From positions 17,958,058 to 17,983,632 of the forward strand of contig JANKJI020000001.1 of the NCBI GenBank assembly GCA_024626585.2: a stretch of DNA of 25,575 nucleotides, given 5' to 3'. This DNA comes from Ginkgo biloba. Its lineage: Eukaryota > Plantae > Ginkgophyta. Shown here piece after piece: positions 1-11,099 of the stretch. Below the pieces are notes generated by a model. It had not been told where the DNA came from and did not search any database. It saw only the letters and a list, made by a program, of their open reading frames with translations. Both the position numbers and the translations under genes were made by a program. The number at the start of each line of letters is the position of its first letter. The stretch's first letter is position 1.

Positions 1-600
1 AGCCTTTGCTTCTAGGATTTGAAATTTTTCCATGTATTTTTTAACTATTAGTTCCCTTTGGTAGAAGTGAGCTAATGGAATATTATAAGGGTCACTCCAA
101 TTCCTGTCAACCCTTTAGTATAAATCCTTTGTGATTTGACTAAAGGCATTTGCTACAATTTCATTTTGCTCCAACCATCTCATTCCCCAGGTGTGAGTTA
201 CTCCTTTCATGAATTGTACTACAGTTCGTACGTTTTCAATGTCTCCATATCCTCCATCAGGTGTGTGAATATGTTGTCTAGCTTTTGAATCCATTCGTGA
301 GCCTTGATTTGCCCTCCGAAAGTGAAATTGGATATCTTGGGTTGCAAATTTATAGTAAATTTTGCTCCTTGACTGCCATTGTTTTGTGGATTTTCAATTC
401 GTGGTTGTTTTTCATGTAACAATGTCCTTTCATTTGAGCTTCGACTTATATTATCTTCCTTATTTGGCCCAAAAACTTCTTCACGGATGACTTCGTACTA
501 GGCTTTTGTACTGTTCATCTAGGTAGCAATTTGTGCTACTTGTTGGTTACTTAATCGTTTTGCCCATTCTACCATACTTTCTTTTTCTTCCATTTCGTTC
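1..600 (-). pseudogene. Ty3/gypsy gag remnant (runs off window start)
   Basis: Minus-strand translation gives FGGQIKAHEWIQKLDNIF (ORF 219-422) and QRELIVKKYMEKFQILEAKA (1-60), resembling the retrotransposon gag Q...V..Y..KF..L motif; lies just downstream of a PBS; contains stops and frameshifts. Confidence 0.65.
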
Positions 601-656
601 TTGGCTTGTTGTTTAGTTAGTACCATATGCTACTTTGCCTTAGGATCGTGACAAGC

Positions 657-668
657 GCTCTAATACCA
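657..668 (-). promoter_or_regulatory. Primer binding site (tRNA-iMet)
   Basis: Minus strand TGGTATTAGAGC, one mismatch from the canonical plant PBS TGGTATCAGAGC, upstream of gag. Confidence 0.8.
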
Positions 669-670
669 CT

Positions 671-1091
671 TTTAGCAACCCTGGGTGGACTGACTACTTA
701 ACTTATCTTGAATTATGATAGAATTTTTAGAATAATATGAAATAGATTTGCCACAATTAAAAATTTAAAAAAATTATAAAATGTAGGGCATTGTTAGCAC
801 CTGCTACCAAGAAAGATATGGGGTGCACTTGCCTTCCCTAATAGATTTATCCTTTAAAGGAGACTATATTGATTGATGATCAAATGAGAATGATTTGGGC
901 CTTTATATATTTAAAACAACACCCTTTCAAATCTAAAGAGGTACCCCTTTGTTACAATTCTTAGCTCTCCTTTATTTAAGCTTAGTTAAGGCTTATTTAG
1001 GGCCATTCGATGGTCCCCTTTTAATATATACTTATCAGCCTTAATATTTAATGTGNNNNNNNNNNNNNNNNNNTGATATAAGGTCACAACA
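671..1091 (-). mobile_element. Putative 5' LTR of the gypsy element at 1-668
   Basis: Begins 2 nt from the PBS; distal end reads ...GGTCACAACA (TGTTG on minus). The PBS-side terminus is degenerate and there is no partner LTR in the window. Confidence 0.4.
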
Positions 1092-1417
1092 TTGTCCAAA
1101 CATGAGCGTTTAGGTGAGATACAAATGCACTTCGCAAACTTTAATTTACAAACAATTGACCTTTTATTATTGCCCAACAAGAAAGGTGTTCATGAGAACG
1201 TGTAGCTTTCCTTCATGTTTGCCAATGCTATTAACAATGCCTACACTTGTATGCCTCAAATGGATTATTTCATTCTGATAAGATTTCAAGCAACATGACT
1301 GATAGTAATATCAATGANNNNNNNNNNNNNNNNNNNNNNNNNNNNNNNNNNNNNNNNNNNNNNNNNNNNNNNNNNNNNNNNNNNNNNNNNNNNNNNNNNN
1401 NNNNNNNNNNNNNNNNN

Positions 1418-2325
1418 TAGAACTCTGTGTCATATACCAAATATTTTCTTCTTGCATCATTCATAATTTCACTTAAGAAAGTGATTGGTCAACCTTCCTA
1501 CCTTAACATTGCTCTGATTATGACCCCTAATGCATCGTATTCCACTTCAAACACTTTGTTGAAGTTTGACAGTACTAATACTAGCACTTTAGTCATTTTC
1601 TTCTTTAATTTCTCGAAGTTGTGTTGAGTTGCATTCATCCATTGAAATATTTTTCCTTTATGCATTCATTCATGGGTGTTACAATTGAAATGAAATTCCT
1701 CACAAACTTTTTGTAGAAACTTGTTAACCCATAGAAGGTTCTAACTCTTGTGACATTCCTCAAAACTAGCATGTCCAATATTGCCTTAATTTTCTTAGGA
1801 TCCATCCTCATACCTTATCTGGAGATTATGAATCCTAAATACTTCAAAATCCTTTGTTGAAATCTACACTTATCCAAGTTTACATAGAGCTTCTCTTCTT
1901 AGAGTATGTCCAACACTTATTTCAGGTGAACCATGTGCTCTTCCCTCAAACTACTAAACACTAAGATGTCATCAAGCTAAACCACCACACTCTTACCAAT
2001 GAGAGGTTTTAGAATAGTGTTCACTAGTTGCATGAAAGTGTTAGGTGCATTAGTCAATGCAAAGGGAATAACTCACCATTCATATAGACCCTCCTTAGTT
2101 TTGAATGTGGTCTTTCATTCATCCCCTTCTCTAAATCTAATTTGATAATATTCGCTCCTCAGATCTATTTTTGAGAAATGCATTGCCCTTATTAGATAAT
2201 CCATAATGTCATCCATCCTTGGTATTGAGAACCTATACTTAATAGTGATTTGCTTCATAGCTCTATAATACACACGCATTTGCCATAATCCATCCTTCTT
2301 TGGTTCCAACAACATTAGAGTTGAA
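1418..2325 (-). pseudogene. Ty3/gypsy (CRM-like chromovirus) reverse transcriptase-RNase H fragment
   Basis: [57 protein letters not shown], catalytic YLDD mutated to *LDD (1968-1979), and RNase H motif NDARRKYLVYDTEF. Confidence 0.93.
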
Positions 2326-2939
2326 CCTACAAAATATGTCATGCATTTGCACCAGTTAGTCCCCAATTTGCAGCCTAATGCCTGCAATTTTAATCAAAAG
2401 GCTATCAAGAAGTCCTATTTCCCTTTTGCAAATCATCCCCTCTGTATTACAGGCATGTGTTAAATAATTCGCTCAAAATACCCAGACATGTTGCAGCCTC
2501 CATCTCGATTATATCCTGCAGTCTTAGATAGCCCTTTAAATAGGATATGAGACAATCATAAAACTAAACAGTCATATGATCAGTCTTCAGCTACAACTCA
2601 ATTTAGTGTCAACCCCACAACCATTTTGGAACATTTCTAAAAATTTATTCAGTATTTTGACCTGATGCCCATACTCTACACCTTCTCAAATACGATTTTA
2701 TTATGCCCATAAGTGGCAGGATCATTCCCATTAATAAAACTTCGATGCATGCATAAGCACTTGTTCCCAGCGAAGTTAGTTTTCCTAGTCGACAAGGTTT
2801 CAAGGACGAGCAAAGACTAAGCTATTAACTTTATTCCGGTCGCTTAACTCTGAACTCGTGATTATGCGAAACGCAATCATAGGAAAGGCAAAGAGCGGTA
2901 CATGTGGTGAAGTCTAGCCAAGTACACTGAACATGTTGG

Positions 2940-3420
2940 CAAAAGTTTAAATCTTAAAGATTCATTGGACTCGATTGGCGACATGGAGAAGTATTTCTAC
3001 TGGAAAGAGATTGAAGATCCTAGGAGAGTGAAGTTTGCATGCATACAATTAAAAGGACATGCTTCCATTTAGTAGGAGCATCTGCAAAAAGACAGAATTT
3101 AGAGGGATAAGGGGAAGATCCAAAAGTGGTGGAGGATGGTAGAAAATCTAAAAGGCAATTTTTTGCTATCAAATTATTACTAGCTATTATTTAAAGAATT
3201 TCAAAACTTAAGATAGAGGGAAAGAAGTGTATTAGAGTACATCGATAAATTTTTTAAACTATCCATCTAGAGTGGTTATGAGGAGAGTGAAGAGAAACTT
3301 GCAACTAGATACACCAATGGCCTGAAGTATGCCATTTAGGATGAACTAATAATGTGTTATGTGGGGAGTGTCGATGAAGTGTATCAGTTAGCACTCAAGG
3401 AAGAGGAGAAGTTAGCCCAC
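2940..3420 (+). pseudogene. CRM-like gypsy gag
   Basis: IGDMEKYFYWKEIEDPRRVKFACIQLKGHASI**EHLQ...FQNLR*RERSVLEYIDKFFKL...RYTNGLKYAI*DEL, in one frame with stops at W/Q positions. Confidence 0.9.
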
Positions 3421-4029
3421 ATGCAAGGAAAAGGCCCTCAGTTAGAAATGCAACGACATCATCTTAGTGATAGAAAAGAGATGATCGGCCATGGAAGGAT
3501 GAGGAGAGCTAGAGACATGAGAACTTTTGAAATTTTGGTTCTGAAAAATAATTTTGACTACTAGAAGCATTTGATGCTTACCAGACTAGAGGTTGAGGAG
3601 GATCTATTTGTCACCATGGAAGGAGGTTGGACAGAGTACCGTATGAGCATAAAAGGCCGACCAAATATTTTAGCTATGACAAAAAAGGCCATAGATCATT
3701 TTAATTCCCAAGGAGAAATGATGATAGGCCATTGATAAAAGAAGTTAATGCCAGCTTAGTCTGACATACAGTAGAGTCAAATCCCGGGGAGGCTGACATG
3801 TCAAGAGGATTATTGACACAGAGAGTGTTATTATTGTTGAATCAAAATTTGACCACCAACAGTAGACCTGAAGAGTACTGATAGAGAAAAAGGAAGGAAA
3901 TGGTGACCAACAAAGAGAATGATTAGCATCCATAAACCAATGGAGGAAAATATGTCACTCACAGCCAAGATAGGATGCATAACATGGATTAGAGGAAAAG
4001 AATTTTTAAAATGAAGTGAAGCCTACGAC

Positions 4030-4350
4030 ACGATTGTGGATGGTGGAAACTATGAAAATATGTTATCAGAGGAATTGATTAGAAAATTGGATTCACACCA
4101 ACATCGACATGATTATCCATACAAGATTTCTTGGTTTAGGAAAGTGAGTGAAATCACCATCAGAGAAAATTTCTTGGTGACCATCAAACTAAGACATTAC
4201 AGTAATAGTATGTGGTGTGATGTCATTCCTATGGATGTCTATCATATCTTATTGGGAAGACCGTGGCAGTATGACTGATAAGTAATGCATGATGGTCGGC
4301 GTAACACTTACACCATAATCAAGGATGGAAAACATTTCACCTTATGGCCG
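4030..4350 (+). pseudogene. CRM-like gypsy aspartic protease
   Basis: IVDGGNYENMLSEE...PYKISW...WCDVIPMDVYHILLGRPWQYD*..HDGRRNTYTIIKDGK, typical of CRM-clade proteases. Confidence 0.92.
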
Positions 4351-4639
4351 ACAAATAAAGCAGAAGCACCATAGTTAGCATTGCCAACAAAGTAGCCTAT
4401 AAGGAGTGTGTGTTTGATGGGTGCACATTATGCCTTGGTTGTAGAGACAGTGGAAAAGATTCCTAAAAATCCCAGGATAGAGCCAACAATAATGAAGAGG
4501 TGGGGTGTGCCAAAGAAGAACCATGTTGGAGAGCATGAGAGGACTAGGGATAGAGTGACAAAGAGTCATCAATAGATGAGGCAGTGGAGAGTAAAATCCC
4601 AAATAAGAAGCTTTCTAACATATGGTGGATCGACAAGAA

Positions 4640-4740
4640 AAGAGTGGTCGATAAGAGGTTGAAGAAGATAAGAATGGATAGATAAAATATACCCTGGTAG
4701 AAAGTAGAAAGAGACCATATTAGCAAAGGCATGTGGTTGT
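4640..4740 (+). pseudogene. Degenerate chromodomain-like relic
   Basis: Across frameshifts reads RVVDKRLKK...KYTLV / K*K / ISKGMW, resembling ILDKR...YLVKWK...EATW; located where the integrase chromodomain sits, just before the PPT. Confidence 0.4.
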
Positions 4741-4829
4741 GGCAACAAAGGTCATGGAAGAAGCCATCAGACGGGATCCAGAGCAGAAGCAAGGAAGTGG
4801 TCAATGAGCAGGAACTCACATCTTTTTGT

Positions 4830-5947
4830 AAGAAGGGAAGGATGATGCAAGAGCATCACGGTAGCACCCCAACAGCATGCACAATTTTGGCGTACAATGG
4901 CGAAGCGGTGTTTGAGTAGCGGAATTATATATTATTTCGATAGACCGAAAGCCTTTTTGTGATGAGCTGCATCAATGGAGCAATTGAGAAAACTGACATC
5001 GTCAATGAAGTTGCGTCGGAGACCGACATCGTCAGCGAAGAGATATTACAAACCGACATCCTCAGTGGGATAGCAAAGAAGAAACTGACATCGTCAACAG
5101 AGTAGTGAAGGGTGACTGACGAGAGATATGTTTGCGGACATCGTCGGGGGCGAGGTAGACAACGTTGGCAATGAGTCTTTGTGGACCGACAAGGTTAGAG
5201 GCGAGATAAGGGGACACTGACATGCGATGGGATGACTGACATTGCCAGAGAAGAAGGTTGAAGAACAACATCATCGATTAGCTGCAGTCCGACATGGTCA
5301 GGAGGAGATGAGTTAAAAGTGACAGTGTCGAATGGGAGATAGCCGACATCGACATGAGTCGAGGAGAACCAACATCGTTAGGTGTAAGGTGACCAACACT
5401 GACATGATTTTGGGATGAGATGACACCAACGTGATTTTGGGGTATAAAAGTGGATGCCATGAAGGCCAAATGGAAAGTTATGTCGAATAGCCTATGTCGA
5501 AAACCAACGTCGAGAAGGAGTATTGGTGACTGTCACATGCCACATTTATTTAGGTGAATGAAAAAGGAAGCCAAAGAAGGCATTTGCAAGAGACCGTTAC
5601 TAGTACGTAGAATGCATTCAATGTTTCAACTACTAGGCGACTGAAGAAGATGAAGAAGAGGATGGCGAAGCCCTAGAATGCCATTGCAATGCATTTATGA
5701 CTAAAAGTTGTTGAAGGCATCAAATGCTCACCTAATCCATTCGTTCAAGCCGAAGGAGATGTTGTGCCCTAATCATTTGTGGCCGTTGAAGCACAAGCAT
5801 AAAAGCCAGTGTGTAAAAGGAGAACGGGTTCGCTAGATGGATAAGGGGGATTGTTGGAGAATTCGTTGGTTGGTTGTTTGGGCGCTTGGAGGAGAGAGGG
5901 TTCGACTATTGAAAGATTAGAGAATTGATCGTTGGAGCCATGGAAGG
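4830..5947 (+). mobile_element. Polypurine tract and 3' LTR of CRM-like element (runs into N gap)
   Basis: AAGAAGGGAAGGA (4830-4842) directly followed by TGATG (4843), the characteristic CRM PPT/LTR junction (one frame reads FL*EGKDDA); downstream is non-coding, repeat-rich, with TATA-like TATAAAAG at ~5443. Confidence 0.7.
4992..5440 (+). repeat. Array of ~15 degenerate ACCGACATCGTC motifs with non-repeating spacers
   Basis: Copies at 4992, 5022, 5052, 5084, 5115, 5134, 5155, 5185, 5216, 5235, 5264, 5288, 5342, 5368, 5392; first three exactly 30 bp apart. Confidence 0.85.
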
Positions 5948-6673
5948 NNNNNNNNNNNNNNNNNNNNNNNNNNNNNNNNNNNNNNNNNNNNNNNNNNNNN
6001 NNNNNNNNNNNNNNNNNNNNNNNNNNNNNNNNNNNNNNNNNNNNNNNNNNNNNNNNNNNNNNNNNNNNNNNNNNNNNNNNNNNNNNNNNNNNNNNNNNNN
6101 NNNNNNNNNNNNNNNNNNNNNNNNNNNNNNNNNNNNNNNNNNNNNNNNNNNNNNNNNNNNNNNNNNNNNNNNNNNNNNNNNNNNNNNNNNNNNNNNNNNN
6201 NNNNNNNNNNNNNNNNNNNNNNNNNNNNNNNNNNNNNNNNNNNNNNNNNNNNNNNNNNNNNNNNNNNNNNNNNNNNNNNNNNNNNNNNNNNNNNNNNNNN
6301 NNNNNNNNNNNNNNNNNNNNNNNNNNNNNNNNNNNNNNNNNNNNNNNNNNNNNNNNNNNNNNNNNNNNNNNNNNNNNNNNNNNNNNNNNNNNNNNNNNNN
6401 NNNNNNNNNNNNNNNNNNNNNNNNNNNNNNNNNNNNNNNNNNNNNNNNNNNNNNNNNNNNNNNNNNNNNNNNNNNNNNNNNNNNNNNNNNNNNNNNNNNN
6501 NNNNNNNNNNNNNNNNNNNNNNNNNNNNNNNNNNNNNNNNNNNNNNNNNNNNNNNNNNNNNNNNNNNNNNNNNNNNNNNNNNNNNNNNNNNNNNNNNNNN
6601 NNNNNNNNNNNNNNNNNNNNNNNNNNNNNNNNNNNNNNNNNNNNNNNNNNNNNNNNNNNNNNNNNNNNNNNNN
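5948..6673. other. Assembly gap or masked run (largest of many N runs)
   Basis: Continuous N; another large run at 7941-8535. Confidence 0.99.
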
Positions 6674-6675
6674 CA

Positions 6676-6910
6676 ACAATTCACGAGCTAGAATGCATTA
6701 AAAGATTAGGTAGAAAAGGGATCCTTATCTAAGGAGTTTCAAACTTTGTGATTAATTAGATCTCCAAAAGGTGGACAAAGGTTGCTTGGTCGTTAAAGGA
6801 CTCCTTCAAAAAGACTCAACACCTGTTAAAATCCCTGGACCTTACTCTTTTCTAATACATCCCCTATCGATTAAATGTCCTAATGAACCACATGGCATGT
6901 ATAGGTGCTC
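6676..6910 (+). pseudogene. RNase HI-like domain relic (type carried by plant L1 and Tat retroelements)
   Basis: LECIKRLGRKGILI*GVSNFVIN*I...W.LK...F*YIPYRLNVLMNHMACIG aligns by eye with L..A..LG...IIEGDS..VINQ...F.HIPR..N..AD.LA..G. Confidence 0.65.
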
Positions 6911-8604
6911 ACATAAGTCAAAGGGAAGAGATTCTTAAAGCATTATGTTTAAATTGCTTGGGGGAGGTCATCGCTCTCCATGCAGTGGGTATTAATATTA
7001 ACCATGTGCAATGGATTAAAATTAATATGAAGGATCACTACTAAGTTGCCATACTTACTATATCAGATGACCTCCATTCTTATCTCATGCATGAAAGCAC
7101 TTGGTATTATCACTCTCTTGAGTCTAATTTCAATGGCGAATAAGAAGAAGGAAGGAGTAGCTCTAGACAAGAGGAGCAATCTTTAGGATAAAGCTTTTGG
7201 CTCTTCCTCTTATAGAGGAAGTAGAAATATTCATCAACTAGTAAAGGACATAGTAAACAATACAAATGATTGTTTAATAATCATGGAAGAGATAATTAAC
7301 TTCATTAAGGAGGAACTCTCTTATTTTGGTGAGGTAATACAAGCCCACACCACGTCGAGCCTCCATGTGATGCATTATATGTTTCACTTGACCACATGGG
7401 AAAAATATAGGTTAAAGAAATTTAAATCTTTAAAGAAAGCCATGTTAGGCATTACCAAAGCAATTCTAAACCTTCCTACCCATGTGGGCCAAGGGAATCC
7501 CATAAGAAAGTTAAAGAATGGTCCTTTCAAATGGTTAAAGCCTCTAAAATGAAAACATCAATTAGTTAAAGGGGTTGAGGTAAGAAGATATTTTTTTATT
7601 TGACCAAGTTTTTAGTTACAATGGTATATGCTCCTCTAGTTTGTCTTGGGGTTTAATTTTTTTTATGCAACTGACAAAATCCTTACATGCCAATCAGGTT
7701 TCGAAACAAGTTTCAAACCTAGCATTCAGGGGTTTTACTCTTATAATATATCAACATATAAATAACTTTTTAATGGGTAACTATTAGATCAAATTTTTTA
7801 GGACACTGCCCTTACCTCAACAAGAGGAGATACCATGTAGGTTGGTAAAGCAACCATTTTATAACATATATTCTAAAACCCTTATATGAATACAATTTCT
7901 ATTTGTTATTAAAAAAAAAAAAATCTGAATCTTTTATTAANNNNNNNNNNNNNNNNNNNNNNNNNNNNNNNNNNNNNNNNNNNNNNNNNNNNNNNNNNNN
8001 NNNNNNNNNNNNNNNNNNNNNNNNNNNNNNNNNNNNNNNNNNNNNNNNNNNNNNNNNNNNNNNNNNNNNNNNNNNNNNNNNNNNNNNNNNNNNNNNNNNN
8101 NNNNNNNNNNNNNNNNNNNNNNNNNNNNNNNNNNNNNNNNNNNNNNNNNNNNNNNNNNNNNNNNNNNNNNNNNNNNNNNNNNNNNNNNNNNNNNNNNNNN
8201 NNNNNNNNNNNNNNNNNNNNNNNNNNNNNNNNNNNNNNNNNNNNNNNNNNNNNNNNNNNNNNNNNNNNNNNNNNNNNNNNNNNNNNNNNNNNNNNNNNNN
8301 NNNNNNNNNNNNNNNNNNNNNNNNNNNNNNNNNNNNNNNNNNNNNNNNNNNNNNNNNNNNNNNNNNNNNNNNNNNNNNNNNNNNNNNNNNNNNNNNNNNN
8401 NNNNNNNNNNNNNNNNNNNNNNNNNNNNNNNNNNNNNNNNNNNNNNNNNNNNNNNNNNNNNNNNNNNNNNNNNNNNNNNNNNNNNNNNNNNNNNNNNNNN
8501 NNNNNNNNNNNNNNNNNNNNNNNNNNNNNNNNNNNTAAACCATCTATCTCTGTTAATATATATATAAAAACTCTATTTTATAATTAAAAAAAGTGTACTC
8601 AGAC

Positions 8605-8845
8605 TATGACTGTTCATGGAAAGTTGAATATGTGACTATGTGAAAAAAAAAGTGTATATATATACCTAAAAAGTTGAATATGTGATTGTTCACTATGGGA
8701 GTATTTAATGAATTTACTCCCATAGTGAATAGTCACATATTCTACCCCTAAAGAATTACATATTCAGCTCAATAAATCATTCAATATTTGGACACCTAGG
8801 TATATATATATACACCTAGAAATTTGAATATGTGACTGTTCAATG
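8605..8845. repeat. Foldback cluster of direct and inverted TTGAATATGTGACT(G/A)TTCA motifs
   Basis: 28-bp arms 8676-8703 and 8715-8742 (2 mismatches, 11-nt loop); further copies at ~8624, ~8756 (inverted), ~8824; GTGTATATATATACCTA (~8652) mirrored at ~8797-8815. Confidence 0.85.
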
Positions 8846-9551
8846 ATGTGGAAGTGTTTAATATTTGAATATAGGATCTCTATATGATAATAACCTTAAT
8901 ATGATATAAATTACAATCCCTTAATCCTCACATTATGCAAATAGGTCACTCACTAGGAGTAGGGAAGTCATGAGTTATTTTTTCTCCATCGGGCTCATTC
9001 TTGGCATCTTTCATGAGGGAGCTTAAGGTTCTATAGAGTATAAGAATAATCAACTCTAATGGTGTGTAGGTCGAAGGGTTATAGCTCCAGTGAAGGTCAA
9101 GTGATTGCTTGAGAAGAGCTCACAAAATTGTCAACATATTAACGCAGAGAATTTTTTATTAGTTAACTAAAGAAATCTTCGATAACACTAACGTGAGGTT
9201 GTTTGCCATTAAAGAGTCCTTGCTTGAGGTAAGAAAGGATTTTGTATAGTCAAAATTAGTCATTTAAATAGTAATTATGGCAAGTGTCCATGTTATGCAC
9301 TAGCTTTCTTATATTAGCTCTTGAGAAATGTACCAAATGAAATAGTGGAAGATGCTAAAGAATTCTCTTGCTAATATATTCCTAGGCGATGGGCATAGGG
9401 TCAAATAAGAAGGCGAGATGGAAAGTGATCTTAGGAGTTAAATTGAAGTCCTAAGTGACTAAGCCCAATCGCATGATGGCTAAGGAGGTTTTAACTAAAA
9501 AATTCCACTCAATTTGATCTACCACAATTAGCAAGATATTTTTTTTTTACT

Positions 9552-9931
9552 TGTAAACTCTATTTAAGAGGTTTATTTTTCTCTCTTAGGGTCTGGTATA
9601 AGGTAAGGTTTCTTTTTATGGGTATGTAAAANNNNNNNNNNNNNNNNNNNNNNNNNNNNNNNNNNNNNNNNNNNNNNNNNNNNNNNNNNNNNNNNNNNNN
9701 NNNNNNNNNNNNNNNNNNNNNNNNNNNNNNNAGATAACCAAAAGCACCCATATATAGGGGGAGCGCTCTCTGAGGGATCTCATGAGTCTTTGTGAAAAAT
9801 ACGATGTCATGTCCTTGGATTACATCTTGAATTGTCCTAATTGCGGTCCATAATAGGCCATTGCAATTCCAACATGCTATGTTGAGTCGGTCAAGATGTC
9901 TAGTGATAACACCCCTTCTCCCTCCCCCCCC
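9552..9931 (-). mobile_element. Possible PPT plus short LTR
   Basis: Minus strand purine run 9931-9912 (GGGGGGGGGAGGGAGAAGGGG-like) followed by TGTTATCA at 9911, internal CTATATAT, and ...GAGTTTACA ending at 9552; spans an N gap. Confidence 0.3.
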
Positions 9932-10134
9932 ATGGTTGGTGTTAATTAGAGGGTGGCCACAGTCAAGAAAATCCTATAAGGGGAAAATCCCTAATCCAAG
10001 CTCTCCCATTGTGGATCACATCCCACTTATTATTCTTCCTGGCNNNNNNNNNNNNNNNNNNNNNNNNNNNNNNNNNNNNNNNNNNNNNNNNNNNNNNNNN
10101 NNNNNNNNNNNNNNNNNNNNNNNNNNNNNNNNNN

Positions 10135-10832
10135 TTTGTGTTTTGAGAGTCTTTATAGTTACTTTGTTTATTTCAAAAATCTTGGGGAATGGAAAATAAG
10201 AAACAATCTTGTTTTCTTTGAAAGCTCTAGGTTGTTTAACAAGACCTCTTTGTGGGGTTTAGTCATTACTTCAAGAATACAAAATTGTGCCCCATCATTT
10301 AGCTTTGATTTCTTGGTGTCTCTTAGTATTGAATCTATAACACTTCTTGAGGCTTTTGTGGATCCACTTTTTAATGCTAAATTTGTCAAAGTATGAGATA
10401 TAACATATCTCCTTATCCCATAAAGATCGTTGTCCTTAATTAGACAAATTTCTCTAACAAAAGTTGTTGACTCCCAAGTAGCTTCTCCAAGTGGATTTTT
10501 AGGCCATTTTATGAGATACTTAGTAATATCCCTATTTATAAACCTTCTTGTCCCTATATCCAATATACCTATTGGATCATAAACTTCTTGGATATGAACA
10601 TAAGTAGGCAAAATATTATTATATCTAGATAAAACCTTCTTTAAGAAACTTACATTAAAAACTAGATGCATCTTGACATGGTCTACTAAATGTAATCTAT
10701 AAGCCACTTCATTTATCTTTTCTTACACTTGAAAAGGTCCATAATAATGAGGTGACAACTTAGCACACCATCCTATCGATAATGAAATTTTTGGCTTCAC
10801 ATGAAGATAAACCAAACCTCCCATCTCAAATT
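10135..10832 (-). mobile_element. Tekay/Del-like chromovirus 3' end: integrase GPF/Y tail, chromodomain, PPT, start of 3' LTR
   Basis: FEMGGLVYLHVKPK..CAKLSPHYYGPFQV*EKINEVAYRL..MHLVFNVSFLKK, then PIGILD..KYLIKWPKNPLGEATWE; GGGATAAGGAGATA (10419-10406) then TGTTA at 10405. Confidence 0.9.
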
Positions 10833-11099
10833 TATGTAAGTTTAATAAAATGAAGTTTCTCCTCGTAACTGGTTTGTTGAGTAGCAATGTGAGACCTCCA
10901 CATATCGCCTATGATCTAATTTACTTACTTTATTTGCCCATCAATTTAAGGATGATCACCACTATTGAAATCTAACTTAGTTCCCAATGCACAAGATANN
11001 NNNNNNNNNNNNNNNNNNNNNNNNNNNNNNNNNNNNNNNNNNNNNNNNNNNNNNNNNNNNNNNNNNNNNNNNNNNNNNNNNNNNNNNNNNNNNNNNNNA

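Noticed and set aside
2850-2880. Hammerhead ribozyme (CTGA...CGAAAC)
   Set aside because: Lacks the CUGANGA core and the required helix arrangement.
1418-4350. RT-RNase H and gag-protease as one intact gypsy element
   Set aside because: Opposite strands and wrong order; at most related by rearrangement, which cannot be shown here.
4992-5440. CRISPR array
   Set aside because: Core is only ~12 bp and degenerate, spacing is irregular, there are no cas genes, and the context is a plant LTR.
5841-5860. Alternative PPT/LTR start (AAGGGGGATTGTTGG)
   Set aside because: The junction at 4830-4847 fits the CRM signature better; this site follows TATA-like motifs and is probably inside the LTR.
5906-8543. 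Long ORFs of 211-266 aa in the ORF track
   Set aside because: Almost entirely X from N runs.
8691-8727. Miniature CACTA element (CACTA...TAGTG)
   Set aside because: No 3-bp TSD; the inverted symmetry continues beyond the CACTA, so it is internal to a larger hairpin.
10168-10707. Intact 179-aa chromodomain gene
   Set aside because: It is the tail of a broken gypsy integrase reading through the PPT into the LTR.
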